Assembly (NCBI GenBank): GCA_965213925.1
Contig: OZ243927.1
Span: 896,001-960,000 of the forward strand
Direction: 5' to 3'
DNA: 64,000 nucleotides
From: Trueperaceae bacterium
GTDB taxonomy: Bacteria > Deinococcota > Deinococci > Deinococcales > Trueperaceae
In this document: positions 8,042 through 19,321 of the stretch, in pieces
Layout of the letters: every line of letters starts with the position of its first letter
How positions within the stretch are numbered: the first letter of the stretch is position 1
Notes under the pieces: generated by a model
The model's input: the letters and a program-made list of their open reading frames with translations, nothing else
Told to the model about the DNA's origin: nothing
Databases searched by the model: none
Program-made: the position numbers and the translations under genes

Positions 8042-8641
8042 ATGGTCTCAACACGCAACGCCGAAGCCACCCAGCAGCGGCTCATGGACGCCGCGCTCTC
8101 GCTCTACGCCGAGCGGGGCTACGCAGGCACGTGCCTAGACGCGATCTTGAAGCGTGCCTCGTCGTCGAAGGGCGCGTTTTATCACCACTTCGACTCAAAA
8201 GAGGCGCTGACGGCGCAAGCCTTGTCGCTCCGCTGGAATGCGATGTTGGAGACCGTGGGGCAGGTCTGGCAGCAGGGAAACTCCCCCGAGGAGAAACTCG
8301 ACTACCTGCTCAACCTCCTAGAGCCGAAATGCACGGAAGGTCAGGTGGCGTGCCCGATCGGGCTTTTAGGGTTCGAATCGCGCAGCCTGCCCGCGCCGAT
8401 CCAGCAGGCGCTTAGGGAGGGGCTGACGCACTGGTCGGCGCAAGTGGCGCGGCTCCTAGAGGATTTAGGGTTAGAGGATTACAAGGCTCGAGCTTTCGCC
8501 GAGCAGCTTTTTCTAATCTACGAGGGTGGCGTGTTGGTTGGGCGCATCAGCGGGTCGTGCGGGTCGCTCTACTCTATGTTGGGGGTGTGGCGCAAAGCAG
8601 TCTTGAGCGAGACGTGTACTCAAGCCAGGGGCGAAGCGTAG
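8042..8641 (+). CDS. TetR/AcrR family regulator
   Basis: N-terminal HTH (GYAGT....ILKRASSSKGAFYHHFDSKE). Confidence 0.9.
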   Translation: MVSTRNAEATQQRLMDAALSLYAERGYAGTCLDAILKRASSSKGAFYHHFDSKEALTAQALSLRWNAMLETVGQVWQQGNSPEEKLDYLLNLLEPKCTEGQVACPIGLLGFESRSLPAPIQQALREGLTHWSAQVARLLEDLGLEDYKARAFAEQLFLIYEGGVLVGRISGSCGSLYSMLGVWRKAVLSETCTQARGEA

Positions 8642-8882
8642 GTACACCGCGCCGCAAGGTGAGATAATAAACTTCGTAAGTTTTGCGGCTTGATTCGCTG
8701 AAATGTCCACTTCAAACAATCTCTTTCGAACATTTTGAGAGAACCTTTAGCGATCATTCTCAGCAGGCTTGTGAAAAACGTGGCAAATCAGACATCGCTC
8801 ACTAATGTGAGCGTAAGCGTCGCGGTAGACTATAAAAGTAGAGATTTGACGTTAAACTATGGAGAGACTATAGGAGGTTTCT

Positions 8883-9239
8883 ATGTACCGAGGAAGAGAA
8901 GGGCAGTGGGCGTTCGTACTCCACCGACTTTCCGGTGTAGCACTCGCTCTTTATCTGCTGCTACACGTTTTAGATATCAGCTTGATCATGTATGGACCCA
9001 GAGTGTTCAACGCCTTTTTAGCGTTCTATCACCAGTGGCCCTTTCGCATCGGTCTTATATTGATCATGGCGGGCGTCGTCTACCACTCGTTCAACGGACT
9101 GCGCATTATCTTGATGGACTTTACCGAGTGGGGCACGCGCTATCACCGCTCGCTCTGGTACGGCGTGCTAGGAATTACGACTATTATCGGCATTCCCGTT
9201 CTCATCAAAGTTCTCCCTGAAATCTTTGGAGGTGCCTAG
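8883..9239 (+). CDS. sdhC: succinate dehydrogenase cytochrome b556 subunit
   Basis: LHRLSG...YHSFNGLRI motifs; first gene of the sdh operon. Confidence 0.93.
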   Translation: MYRGREGQWAFVLHRLSGVALALYLLLHVLDISLIMYGPRVFNAFLAFYHQWPFRIGLILIMAGVVYHSFNGLRIILMDFTEWGTRYHRSLWYGVLGITTIIGIPVLIKVLPEIFGGA

Positions 9240-9676
9240 TGGCCGTTAAAGCCAAAACGCTCAACCAGGCGAAAGCCTTACACAACACTAACAGCGAACT
9301 CGCGTGGTGGGTTTTCATGCGCGTGTCGGGGCTTATTCTTGTCTTTTTAGTCTTTGGACACCTCTACTTCAACAACATCGCCTTTAACGCAGGCAACATC
9401 GACTACGCTTACGTCGCTGAGCGCGTTTCGAAGCCCTGGATCAAGGTCTACGACTCCTTCTTGCTCGGTTTTGCCATGTTGCACGGCGTCAACGGACTGC
9501 GCTACAGCATCGAGGATTACATCCGCAAACCGGGGCGGCGTTTCGCGTGGAAGGTGGTGCTCTATACGGTGGCAGGCATCATCCTCGTTATCGGCGTGAT
9601 CACGCTCTGGTCCTTTTCATTCGACGAGATGGGCGACGCGGTTCGTGCGCTGCCTGCCGAACAACATTCGCAGTAG
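9239..9676 (+). CDS. sdhD: succinate dehydrogenase membrane anchor subunit
   Basis: W.FMRVSG...HGVNGLR; position between sdhC and sdhA. Confidence 0.9.
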   Translation: MAVKAKTLNQAKALHNTNSELAWWVFMRVSGLILVFLVFGHLYFNNIAFNAGNIDYAYVAERVSKPWIKVYDSFLLGFAMLHGVNGLRYSIEDYIRKPGRRFAWKVVLYTVAGIILVIGVITLWSFSFDEMGDAVRALPAEQHSQ

Positions 9677-9688
9677 GTAGGAGGCACT

Positions 9689-11428
9689 ATGTCGAGAGCA
9701 CATAAATACGACGTGATTGTGATTGGCGCGGGCGGCTCAGGGTTGATGGCGGCGCGGTACGCGGCGCAGGAGCCCGGCGTGTCCGTCGCGGTCATCAGTA
9801 AACTTTACCCGACCCGCTCGCATACAGGGGCGGCGCAAGGGGGTGTGGGCGCAGCTTTAGGCAACGTCACCGACGACCACCCCGACTGGCACGCCTTCGA
9901 TACGGTCAAGGGTGGCGACTACCTAGCGGACCAAGACGTCGCGGAGATGTTCGCGTACGAAGTCGTCGAGGCAGTCTACGAGTTAGAGCACATGGGCTTG
10001 CCCTTCTCACGTACGCCTGAAGGCAAAATCGCCCAGCGTAAATTCGGTGGGCACACCCGCGAATTCGGCAAGAGCGCCGTCGAACGTGCCTGCTACGCGG
10101 CGGACCGCACGGGTCACATGATTTTGCAGACGCTCTATCAGCAGTCCATCAAGAACAACGTGACCTTTTTCAACGAGTTCCACGTGCTCGACATGATCAT
10201 GGAAGCCGGTGAGTGTCGCGGCGTGGTGGCGTACGAGCTTGCCACGGGCGAGCTTCACACCTTCCAGGCGAAAGCCACGATTGTCGCCACCGGCGGCAAC
10301 GGGCGCATGTTCAAAGTGACCTCGAACGCGCACGCCTTGACGGGCGACATGATGAGCGTCGTCTACCGGCGCGGCATCCCGATTGAAGACCCCGAGTTTT
10401 ACCAGTTCCACCCGACGGGTCTCTACAAAATTGGCGTTTTACTGACTGAGGGCGCAAGAGGTGAAGGTGGGATTTTGCGTAATAGCGAGGGCGAGCGCTT
10501 TATGGAGCGTTACGCGCCTTCCATCAAGGACTTAGCGCCGCGGGACATGGTCTCGAGGGCGATGTACCTAGAGATGCGCGAAGGGCGCGGCACCGGACCC
10601 GACGCCGACTACATCCACCTCGACCTCACCCACATCGACGATCACATCATCGAGACGCGCCTCCCCGATATCACCGAGTTCGCCCGGATTTACCTAGGCG
10701 TTGACCCCTTAAACGAGCCCGTCCCCGTGCAACCCACCGCGCACTACGCGATGGGTGGCATCCCCACGACCATCGACACCGAAGTCATCATGGACGGCGA
10801 CAACGCCGTCGTGCCAGGGCTCTACGCCGCAGGTGAAACAGCGTGCGCCTCGCTGCACGGCGCGAACCGCCTCGGCACAAACTCGTTAGGCGACCTCATC
10901 GTGTTCGGACGCCGCGCGGGTATCTTCGCTGCTCGTTACGCCGCGGGAGCGGAGTACGGCAAGCTGCCTTTAGACGCGCAAGACTTTGCTAAGAGCCAAC
11001 TCGACACCGCGCTGAACGGCTCTGGTAAGGAGCGCGTGAGCCGCATTCGTAAAGAGATGCAAAACACCATGATGGACAACGCCTCGGTCTTCCGCACTGA
11101 AGAGACCCTGTGTACGCAGATCGAAAAGCTCAGAGAACTCAAAGAGCGCTATAAAGGCATCGGCGTTGAGGACAAGGGCGAGCAGTTCAACACGGAGCTG
11201 ATGGAAGCGATTGAACTCGGCTTCCTTTTAGACAACGCCGAGCACCTCGTCCACGCGGCGTATAACCGCAAGGAATCGCGCGGCGCGCACTCCCGCGAGG
11301 ACTACAAGGAGCGCAACGACGACGAGTGGCTCAAGCACACGCTCGTCTATAAAGACGGCGACGGCGTGCGCATCGACTATAAACCCGTAACCTTGGGCAA
11401 GTACGAGCCTAAGCCGAGAGTTTATTAA
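9689..11428 (+). CDS. sdhA: succinate dehydrogenase flavoprotein
   Basis: [19 protein letters not shown]-His motif, HGANRLG. Confidence 0.97.
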   Translation: MSRAHKYDVIVIGAGGSGLMAARYAAQEPGVSVAVISKLYPTRSHTGAAQGGVGAALGNVTDDHPDWHAFDTVKGGDYLADQDVAEMFAYEVVEAVYELEHMGLPFSRTPEGKIAQRKFGGHTREFGKSAVERACYAADRTGHMILQTLYQQSIKNNVTFFNEFHVLDMIMEAGECRGVVAYELATGELHTFQAKATIVATGGNGRMFKVTSNAHALTGDMMSVVYRRGIPIEDPEFYQFHPTGLYKIGVLLTEGARGEGGILRNSEGERFMERYAPSIKDLAPRDMVSRAMYLEMREGRGTGPDADYIHLDLTHIDDHIIETRLPDITEFARIYLGVDPLNEPVPVQPTAHYAMGGIPTTIDTEVIMDGDNAVVPGLYAAGETACASLHGANRLGTNSLGDLIVFGRRAGIFAARYAAGAEYGKLPLDAQDFAKSQLDTALNGSGKERVSRIRKEMQNTMMDNASVFRTEETLCTQIEKLRELKERYKGIGVEDKGEQFNTELMEAIELGFLLDNAEHLVHAAYNRKESRGAHSREDYKERNDDEWLKHTLVYKDGDGVRIDYKPVTLGKYEPKPRVY

Positions 11429-11514
11429 GCAACTCAGCGTCTCAGCTAGTCAGCATTTCAGGTCTTTCCTGACTAGCTGACTAGCTGACCGGCTGAAATG
11501 CTATAAGGATTTTT

Positions 11515-12237
11515 ATGAACGCAGACGCAATGAAACCCAGAGAAATCAACGTCAAGATCAAGCGCTTTAACCCCGAAGAGGACAAGCGACCTTATTGGGC
11601 GGAGTACAAAGTCGAAGCGCGACCGACTGACCGCGTGTTAGACGTGCTCCACGAGATTAAATGGGAAATCGACGGCACGCTCTCCTTCCGCCGGAGCTGC
11701 GCGCACGGCATCTGCGGCTCGGACGCGATGCTTATCAACGGCGTGAACCGCTTAGCGTGCAAGATTTTGGTCAAGGATTTGGGCGATGACATCTCGGTTG
11801 AGCCGATTCGCGGGCTCGAGGTGCTTAAAGACATGGTTGTCGACATGGAGCCCTTCTTCGACTCCTACAAAGCGGTGCTGCCCTACTTCATCAACGACGA
11901 CGCCCCGCCCACCACCGAGCGCTACCAGAGCCCCGAAGACCGCGAAGTGTTCGACGACACGACCAAGTGCATCCTCTGCGCGGCGTGCACGACCTCTTGC
12001 CCGATCTTCTGGACGAACGGCTCGTACTTGGGTCCAGCGGCGATCGTTAACGCGCACCGCTTCATCTTCGATTCACGTGACAGCGGCACTACCGAGCGTT
12101 TAGAGGTGCTCAATCAGGCCAACGGCTTGTGGCGCTGCCGCACCGCATATAACTGCACGCAGGCGTGCCCGCGCGGGATTCCGGTGACGCAAGCGATTGA
12201 AGAGGTTAAGAAGGAGTTGTTGTGGCGCAGAGCGTAA
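11515..12237 (+). CDS. sdhB: succinate dehydrogenase Fe-S subunit
   Basis: SCAHGICGSD, CILCAACTTSCP, CRTAYNCTQACP. Confidence 0.97.
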   Translation: MNADAMKPREINVKIKRFNPEEDKRPYWAEYKVEARPTDRVLDVLHEIKWEIDGTLSFRRSCAHGICGSDAMLINGVNRLACKILVKDLGDDISVEPIRGLEVLKDMVVDMEPFFDSYKAVLPYFINDDAPPTTERYQSPEDREVFDDTTKCILCAACTTSCPIFWTNGSYLGPAAIVNAHRFIFDSRDSGTTERLEVLNQANGLWRCRTAYNCTQACPRGIPVTQAIEEVKKELLWRRA

Positions 12238-12262
12238 GCTTCTCAGTTCAGTAGTAAGTTAG

Positions 12263-12287
12263 AAGAGGTGCAAGAAAAGCACCTCTT
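12263..12287. terminator. hairpin between convergent sdhB and ridA, likely terminator
   Basis: AAGAGGTGC-aagaaaa-GCACCTCTT. Confidence 0.6.
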
Positions 12288-12308
12288 TACTATTTCCTCA
12301 AGACCCAC

Positions 12309-12692
12309 TCAACCAGAAACTAGCGCCACCGCCTCAATCTCAATCAGCACGTCTTTCGGCAGCCGCGCCACCTCCACCGCGCTCCGCGCAGGCGGCTCAC
12401 TCTCAAAGAAACGTCCGTAGACCTCATTCACCGTACTGAAATCCGCCATGTCTTTCAAGAAGCAGGTGCATTTTATGGTGTTGACGAGGCTCGAGCCCCC
12501 CGCCTCCAGCACCGCCTGAAGATTCTTCATCACCTGCTCGGTTTGCGCCGCAACGTCACCCTCTAAAAGGTCTCCATTAGGCAAGAGTGCAATCTGCCCT
12601 GAGGTGAAGAGCAAGTCGCCGACGCGCACCGCTTGAGAGTAAGGACCGATAGCGGCGGGCGCGTTGTCTGTGGAGATAACTGTTTTATTCAT
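12309..12692 (-). CDS. ridA: RidA/YjgF enamine deaminase
   Basis: APAAIGPYSQAV, PARSAVEV..LP...IEIE. Confidence 0.93.
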   Translation of the reverse strand: MNKTVISTDNAPAAIGPYSQAVRVGDLLFTSGQIALLPNGDLLEGDVAAQTEQVMKNLQAVLEAGGSSLVNTIKCTCFLKDMADFSTVNEVYGRFFESEPPARSAVEVARLPKDVLIEIEAVALVSG

Positions 12693-12720
12693 AGCGCTAC
12701 CTTAACGTACTCGAGGACTG

Positions 12721-12797
12721 AGAGAAAAGGACTGTTACGAAGTTTTCGCAGAGCGAAAGGACTGAGTAAAAGCTTTTCTCTCAGCACTCAGTCCTTT
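12721..12797. repeat. dispersed palindromic repeat (second copy at 36263-36341)
   Basis: Shared AGAGAAAAGGACTGTTACGAAGTTTT...AAAGGACTGAG...GCTTTTCTCTCAG..CTCAGTCCTTT. Confidence 0.8.
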
Positions 12798-12807
12798 AAC
12801 CTCGCTT

Positions 12808-13839
12808 CTACCTTAAACTAAAATACAAAAACAGCACAAAAAGATAGATACAACCTAAAATCCACACGCGGTACGGGTACCAGGTTTGGCGGCGCAGCTT
12901 ATCTAAGCGGCGGCGTGACGGGTACGCCTCCTCAACTTTGTAAATGCCGCTCATCGTCTCGCCGATGTTCACAGATGAAGCTTCTTCTTTGGGCAAGTCG
13001 TAGCGCTTGGGCTTGGGCTCGACGGTTTCGGCGAAGAGGACGACGGCGGTCACGTTATCGGGGCTGCCGCGTTCGTTGGCGTTTTCTATGAGTTTTGCGG
13101 CGGCGTCTTCGGGCGCGTGCTCGCTCAAAATCTGTAGAATCACCTCGTCGGAGAGGAGCGTGGTGACGCCGTCGCTGCAGAGCATGAGCTTGTCGCCCGA
13201 GTGCACCTCGAAGTGGAAGATGTCGAGCTTGAATTCGGGGGTGGAGCCTAGCGCGTTGGTGATGATGTTGCGCCAGCGGTGATGCCGCGCCTCCTCCTCG
13301 CTGAGGAGCCCTTGGCGCACCCTGTCGGCGACCCAGGAGTGGTCTTGGGTGAGTTGGTGGATTTCGCCGTTACGAACCAGATAGGCCCTCGAGTCCCCCA
13401 CATGCCCCACCAACCCGACTTGGTCATCCACTAAAAGCGTCGTCAGCGTCGTGCCCATACCGCGACTTTCGGGGTGCTCGGTCGCGTAGTCATAAATCTC
13501 TAAGTTGGCATCTTGCACTGCCCTGGCAATTGCCGCAGGTGGATGCGCCTGCGCCTTCTTTAGGGTGCGGCTCAGCACCTTGACCGCGCTCTGGCTGGCG
13601 ATTTCGCCCGACTGGTGTCCGCCCATCCCGTCCGCGACGATGGCCAGGACGCCTTGCGGCGTCGTGTCCACAAAATAGGTGTCTTGGTTGACCTTGCGCA
13701 CCTCGCCCGCCTCGCTCTGACCCGCAAAGTGGATGCGCGTCGCGGCGAGTTGCCCCTTCGATTGCGGCTTAGTTTGAGGCTTAGCCTCAAACGCCGCTTC
13801 AGCATCTTTCTTTTTCGCTCGGGAGGGTGCAGACTTCAT
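12808..13839 (-). CDS. PP2C-type Ser/Thr phosphatase (Stp1/PrpC-like) with C-terminal TM helix
   Basis: R..NQD, VADGMGG, HVGDSRAY, LCSDG, DNVT. Confidence 0.93.
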   Translation of the reverse strand: MKSAPSRAKKKDAEAAFEAKPQTKPQSKGQLAATRIHFAGQSEAGEVRKVNQDTYFVDTTPQGVLAIVADGMGGHQSGEIASQSAVKVLSRTLKKAQAHPPAAIARAVQDANLEIYDYATEHPESRGMGTTLTTLLVDDQVGLVGHVGDSRAYLVRNGEIHQLTQDHSWVADRVRQGLLSEEEARHHRWRNIITNALGSTPEFKLDIFHFEVHSGDKLMLCSDGVTTLLSDEVILQILSEHAPEDAAAKLIENANERGSPDNVTAVVLFAETVEPKPKRYDLPKEEASSVNIGETMSGIYKVEEAYPSRRRLDKLRRQTWYPYRVWILGCIYLFVLFLYFSLR

Positions 13840-14113
13840 GAAGGTCGATTATACATCGGCTACCCGGCAGCGTTGCGTAAATCTCTATTAGTGGCGCGCG
13901 AGTACGTTCGCCGAGGGCAAAAGTGAGGGATAAAACGAGGCGAATGCTGGTGAACTGTGGGCAAATTGGGGGACGTTATTCAGAAACGTTCTCGTAGCGT
14001 ACGAACACCATCTACTGATGCCTAGTTCTTCACCCCTTTTCACGCCAGGTGCCTCATTGACGGGTACTTTAACGACTTCGTGACCCCTGACTCTCATACG
14101 GTATGCTGTCAAG

Positions 14114-15574
14114 ATGAAGTTTGCTCATCAAATTGCGGAAGAGGTCCGCTCTAGGCAGGTCAGTGCGGAAGAGGTCGTGCGAGCGGCGCTCGAGCGTGCC
14201 GAGCGCGTACAGCGGGACCTCAATGCGTTTCTTACAATCTCCTATGACGCGGCACTTGAAAAGGCTCGAGCCCTAGACCAAAAACTAGCGTCAGGAGAAG
14301 ACATTGGACCTCTTGCGGGTGTCCCTATAGCGGTCAAAGACAACATCTGCACCGCAGGCATTCGCACGACGGCGGGGTCGAAAAGTTTAGGGACCTTCGT
14401 ACCGCCTTACAGTGCGACGGTGGTGGCGCGGCTCGAGGCGGCGGGCGCAATCGTGATTGCGAAGACGAACCTCGATGAATTCGGGATGGGAGGCTCGAGC
14501 GAAAACTCGGCGTATGGGGCGATGAGAAATCCCTGGAACCCGTTAAGAGTCCCCGGCGGCTCCTCGGGCGGCTCCGCCATCGCCGTTTCAGCGGGCGTCG
14601 TGCCGCTCGCGCTCGGCACCGATACGGGCGGCTCGGTGCGTCAGCCTGCAGCGTACACGGGGCTGATTGGCTTTAAGCCGACGTACGGCAGATTGCCACG
14701 TTACGGCGTAGTGGCGTTTGCGAGTTCGCTCGACCAAATCGGCGTCTTATGCCGCTCGTCGCAAGATTTGGCGTTGACGATGGACGCCGCGAGCGGTCAC
14801 GACCCCTGCGACGCGACGAGTTTAGAGGCCGCGCCCGCTTTTATGGCGGGGCTCGAGACCTGGACCTCTTTAGAAGGGCTGCGCGTCGGTATCATTCAAG
14901 AGCTTTCCGGTGAAGGTAACAGCGAGGGCGTCCGAGCGGCGCTAGAATGCACCGCAGAAACCCTGACCTCGTTAGGCGCAACGGTAGGCGAAGCCTCTAT
15001 CCCTAACGCGCCGCACGGCATCGCCGCATACTACCTCGTCGGGCCCGCTGAGGCGTCCGCCAACTTAGCCCGCTTCGACGCCATGCTCTATAGCGAGCGT
15101 TCGGGCGAGAACCGTTTAGGACAAGCTGAGGTGATGATGCGCTCGAGGGGTAAAAATTTCGGACCCGAGGTGCGCCGCCGCATCCTGATGGGCACCTACG
15201 CGCTTTCGGCAGGCTACTACGACGCCTACTACGGCAAAGCGCTCAAGGTGCGCCAGCTTATCGCGGACGATTTTGCCAGGGCCTTCGAAGATTTCGACCT
15301 ACTCATGACGCCGACCACGCCGAGCACCGCGTACGAGCTAGGCAAGAAGTCAGACGACCCGCTCGCAATGTACTTAGATGATATTGATACGGTCCTTGCA
15401 AATCTCGTAGGCACCGGAGCAATCAGTGTCCCGGCGGGTACGGTAGACGGTTTGCCTTGCGGCGTGCAGCTTTTCGCGCCCGCCTTAGAGGATGAGAAGT
15501 TGGTCGCGGTAGCGCAGAGGCTCGAGCAAGCAGCGGGGGAAACCTTTTCCCCAGTCGCTCCTGACTACGTCTAA
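14114..15574 (+). CDS. gatA: Asp/Glu-tRNA amidotransferase subunit A
   Basis: Amidase signature GGSSGGS, GTDTGGSVRQPA; EVRRRILMGTYALSAGYYDAYY. Confidence 0.96.
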   Translation: MKFAHQIAEEVRSRQVSAEEVVRAALERAERVQRDLNAFLTISYDAALEKARALDQKLASGEDIGPLAGVPIAVKDNICTAGIRTTAGSKSLGTFVPPYSATVVARLEAAGAIVIAKTNLDEFGMGGSSENSAYGAMRNPWNPLRVPGGSSGGSAIAVSAGVVPLALGTDTGGSVRQPAAYTGLIGFKPTYGRLPRYGVVAFASSLDQIGVLCRSSQDLALTMDAASGHDPCDATSLEAAPAFMAGLETWTSLEGLRVGIIQELSGEGNSEGVRAALECTAETLTSLGATVGEASIPNAPHGIAAYYLVGPAEASANLARFDAMLYSERSGENRLGQAEVMMRSRGKNFGPEVRRRILMGTYALSAGYYDAYYGKALKVRQLIADDFARAFEDFDLLMTPTTPSTAYELGKKSDDPLAMYLDDIDTVLANLVGTGAISVPAGTVDGLPCGVQLFAPALEDEKLVAVAQRLEQAAGETFSPVAPDYV

Positions 15575-15827
15575 ATGATACGTCTAAGTAAGAGGTCAAA
15601 TTCAGTCGCGTTTGAGCTGTTGATGACAGCTTCGGTGATGAAGAGGGCTCAAGCCTCCAATGATTGCGCCCGCTACGCCCAAACTGTTATAGTCGTCTCA
15701 TCAAACGATAGTAGGTAAGGGCTCAGCGTCAACCGTTTTACTGGGTGGGGCTCTTTTTGAAGTCATTGCGCCATTTATCGCTGCCTGATAGCAGACCTAC
15801 CACCGTTTCGAAAGGAAGAGGTGAAGG

Positions 15828-17125
15828 ATGAAGAGGTTCATTTTAGGGTTGCTCTCGCTGAGCCTGGTGTTCGGCGCGGCGCAGGCGCAAACGACGATCC
15901 GCTTTTCGGGGGGCGCGTCGGGTCCGGGGCTCGAGACCGAGCGCCAATTGGCCCAGATGTACATGGAGCAAAACCCGGACGTCACGGTCGAGGTGCTCCC
16001 CGGTCCCGACTCCTCGGACGAGCGTTTTTCTCTGTACCTCCAGCTCTTCGAGGCGCAGTCCGCCGACTTCGACGTGTTACAGCTCGACATCATCTGGCCC
16101 GGTCAGCTCGCGCAGCACCTCGTAGACTTGAATCAATACGGCGACATCCAGAGTTCGACCAGCGAGTTCTTCCCGGCCATCGTCGAGGCGAACACGGTGG
16201 ACGACAAGCTCGTCGCGATCCCTTGGTTCACCGACGCCGGGCTGCTCTACTACCGCACCGACCTCCTGGAGCAGTACGGCTTTGGCGGTCCGCCCGAGAC
16301 TTGGGCGGAGCTTGAAGAGATGTCCACCGCCATCCAAGAGGGTGAGCGCCAGAACAACCAAGACTTTAGCGCCTTTGTGTGGCAGGGTCAGTCTTACGAG
16401 GGGCTCACCTGCGACGCTCTGGAGTGGATCAACTCGGCGGGCGGCGGACAGATTATCAGCCCCGAGCAGGTTATTACGGTCTTCAACCCGAACGCGGTGG
16501 ATATGATAGCCCGCGCCGCAAGTTGGGTCGGCAACATCTCGCCTACAGGCGTCACGGGCTTTCAAGAGGAGGACGCGCGCAACTTCTTCCAGCCGGCAAC
16601 GCCGCGTTTATGCGTAACTGGCCCTACGCCTACAGCATCATGAACGCCGACGACAGCCCTATTTCGGGCAACTTCGACGTGGTGCCGCTGCCCCACATCG
16701 AGGGTAACAATTCCGCCGCCGCCTTGGGCGGCTGGAACTTAGGCGTGTCGCGCTACAGCCAAAACCCTGAGGTTGCCGCCGACGTCGCCGCGTTTTTCGC
16801 CTCACCCGACGCGCAGAAGCTCCGCGCGGTCGAGGGCAGCTTTATCCCGACGCGCCCCGCTCTGTTCGAAGACCAAGAGGTCTTGGAGGCGCAACCCTTC
16901 TTCGGACGTCTTTTGGACGTCTTTACGGGCGCCGTAGCGCGCCCTTCTGCGCCGACGGGTCAGCAGTACAACGAGGTCTCGAGGGCCTTCTACACCGCCG
17001 TCCACAACGTGCTCACAGGCGAGGAACAAGCGGAGATCGCCCTGGAGATTCTCGAGCTTGACCTCCAAGACATCACCGGCTTCGAAGTCGGCGACCCGCA
17101 GACGCAGACGGGTTCGACTCAGTAG
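15828..17125 (+). pseudogene. sugar (trehalose/maltose-type) ABC substrate-binding protein, one-base frameshift near 16592
   Basis: Signal peptide, DIIWPG, YEGLTC in frame 1; GNAAFMRNWPYA...RP in frame 2; could be a sequencing indel. Confidence 0.8.
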
Positions 17126-17166
17126 CCTTCGCAGCCGACGCGCGGTACGTTAAACTTAGAGCGTTT

Positions 17167-17199
17167 ATCGACCGGACCGAGCAGCAAGGTCCGGTCGAT
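17167..17199. terminator. 12-bp perfect hairpin downstream of the binding-protein gene
   Basis: ATCGACCGGACC-n9-GGTCCGGTCGAT. Confidence 0.5.
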
Positions 17200-17260
17200 C
17201 TCTGTCGTCAGCCTCCCGTATTCGCAACTCGCTACTCGAACATACGCTAAAGGAATCTTC

Positions 17261-18964
17261 ATGACCCAACCTCAAAAACAAACCTGGTGGAAAGAGAGCG
17301 TCGTCTACCAGATTTATCCGCGCAGCTTCTATGACAGTAACGGCGACGGCGTTGGCGACTTGCGCGGCATCATCCAGAAGCTTGACTACATCCAAGAGTT
17401 GGGCGTCGACGTCATTTGGCTCTGCCCCGTATATGAGTCACCCAACGACGACAACGGTTACGACATCAGCGATTATCAAAAGGTTGCTGAAGAATTCGGC
17501 ACAATGGACGACTGGGACGAACTCTTAGCTAAGTTGCACGTTAGGGGCATAAAACTCATCATGGACTTAGTCGTCAACCACACTTCGGACGAGCACCCTT
17601 GGTTCACCGAGTCGCGCAAATCTAAAGACAATCCCTACCGCGACTTTTACATCTGGCGACCTGGAAAAGAGGGCAAGGAACCTAACAACTGGCGCTCGCT
17701 CTTCGGCGGCTCAGCGTGGCAGTACGACGAGCAAACGGGCGAATATTACCTCCACCTCTTCTCGAAAAAGCAGCCCGACCTCAACTGGGAGAATCCGGCG
17801 GTCCGCGAAGCCGTCTACAACATGGTGAGGTGGTGGCTGGACAGGGGCGTCGACGGGTTCCGCTTGGACGCCATCAATTTGATTTCCAAAGTGCCGGGGT
17901 TGCCGGACGCGCCCGCCACGAACGGGAGCCGCTACGGGTTCCCCGGCGCGCTCGTCTTTAACGGACCTCGGCTCTACGAGTTTTTGCAGGAGATGAAAGA
18001 GGAGGTGCTCCGCCACTACGACGTACTCACCGTAGGCGAAACGGGCTTGGTCACGACGGAGCACGCGGTAGCGCTCACCCACGAAGAGGCGGGCTCGCTC
18101 AACATGCTCTTCCAGTTCGAGCATTTAGAGATCGACAAAGATAGCGGTAGCGACACGCCCAACTGGAGCCAGACGCCTTGGAGCCTGCTGGAGTTGAAAC
18201 GGATATTGACGCGCTGGCAGCTCGAGCTTGAGGGCAGGGGTTGGAACAGCCAGTATCTCAACAACCACGACGTGCCCCGCGCCGTCTCCCGCTTCGGCAA
18301 CGACGGCGCATACCGCGTCCAGTCCGCCAAACTTCTCGCCACGCTCGTTCACACGCTAGGCGGGACGCCCTACATCTACCAAGGCGAAGAGATCGGCATG
18401 ACGAACGTTGCCTTTAAGTCTATCGCTGAGTACCGGGACGTGGCAACCTTGAATATGTACCGAGAATTTGTCGAGGAGAGAGGGATGGACCCGCAGGAGG
18501 TGTTGGCACTCATTAACGCCAAAAGCCGCGACAACGCCCGCACGCCGGTGCAGTGGGACGCCTCCGAGCACGCGGGTTTCACAAAAGGTGTGCCCTGGAT
18601 CAAGGTTAATCCGAACTACAAAGATATCAACGTAGAACATTCCTTCAGTAACTCGGACAGTATTCTCGCCTACTACAAGGTGCTTATCCACCTGCGAAAA
18701 ACGCATCCCGTCATCGTTTACGGAACGTACGATTTGCTCCTAGCGGAGCACGAGGAGATTTATGCGTTTACGAGAGCATTGGAGAACGAACGCTTGCTCG
18801 TTATTCTAAACGTCTCGGAGAATACGCCCACGTTTAACTTGCCGAGTGAGGTCCCCTTCGCTGAAAAGACGTGTTTGCTCAGCAACTATGAGGTCGAGGC
18901 AGGTGAAGATATCAGGGGGCTGAAGCTGCGGGCATTTGAGGCTCGAGTCTACTATTTGACCTAG
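17261..18964 (+). CDS. GH13 alpha-glucosidase / oligo-1,6-glucosidase
   Basis: YQIYPRSF.DSNGDG.GD, DLVVNH, QPDLN, GFRLDA, NNHD. Confidence 0.95.
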   Translation: MTQPQKQTWWKESVVYQIYPRSFYDSNGDGVGDLRGIIQKLDYIQELGVDVIWLCPVYESPNDDNGYDISDYQKVAEEFGTMDDWDELLAKLHVRGIKLIMDLVVNHTSDEHPWFTESRKSKDNPYRDFYIWRPGKEGKEPNNWRSLFGGSAWQYDEQTGEYYLHLFSKKQPDLNWENPAVREAVYNMVRWWLDRGVDGFRLDAINLISKVPGLPDAPATNGSRYGFPGALVFNGPRLYEFLQEMKEEVLRHYDVLTVGETGLVTTEHAVALTHEEAGSLNMLFQFEHLEIDKDSGSDTPNWSQTPWSLLELKRILTRWQLELEGRGWNSQYLNNHDVPRAVSRFGNDGAYRVQSAKLLATLVHTLGGTPYIYQGEEIGMTNVAFKSIAEYRDVATLNMYREFVEERGMDPQEVLALINAKSRDNARTPVQWDASEHAGFTKGVPWIKVNPNYKDINVEHSFSNSDSILAYYKVLIHLRKTHPVIVYGTYDLLLAEHEEIYAFTRALENERLLVILNVSENTPTFNLPSEVPFAEKTCLLSNYEVEAGEDIRGLKLRAFEARVYYLT

Positions 18965-18994
18965 ATGTGTAGGGTCGGCGGATAATTCCAGATA

Positions 18995-19245
18995 AGCGTA
19001 CTACAGCGTTAAGTAAGAAATGGGTCATGTCATTCTGAACGTAACGAAGTGGAGCCCTTTACAGGATTGGCTTCGCCTGATGAAAGAATCTCTGACCTTG
19101 CTGACTCCTCTTGCTGAGATTGAAAGTTACAAAGTTTTAGCGCAGCTAAACGAGACCCTTACGCCTTCGCCGAAGCTTCGCTCTACTTCGTGAACAGGGT
19201 GACATGCCAATGAGTAGCAATACTTTGTTTACGGTGTAGTACGCT
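18995..19245. mobile_element. MITE-like element with nested REP-like palindrome
   Basis: Terminal IRs GCGTACTACAGCGTTAAGTAAG / CTTTGTTTACGGTGTAGTACGC (18/22); internal TGTCATTCTG...AAGAATCTC...GAGACCCTT...CAGGGTGACA. Confidence 0.55.
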
Positions 19246-19321
19246 ACCCTCTGAGAATTAAGCCACATTTTTGCCGCGCTTACGCCGCCGCCGTCCCTTT
19301 CCTGGTACGCTGACCTTTACT

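Noticed and set aside
8735..9220. 161-aa ORF overlapping sdhC, and the many antisense or shadow ORFs over GC-rich genes
   Set aside because: Alternative-frame artefacts of well-supported genes.
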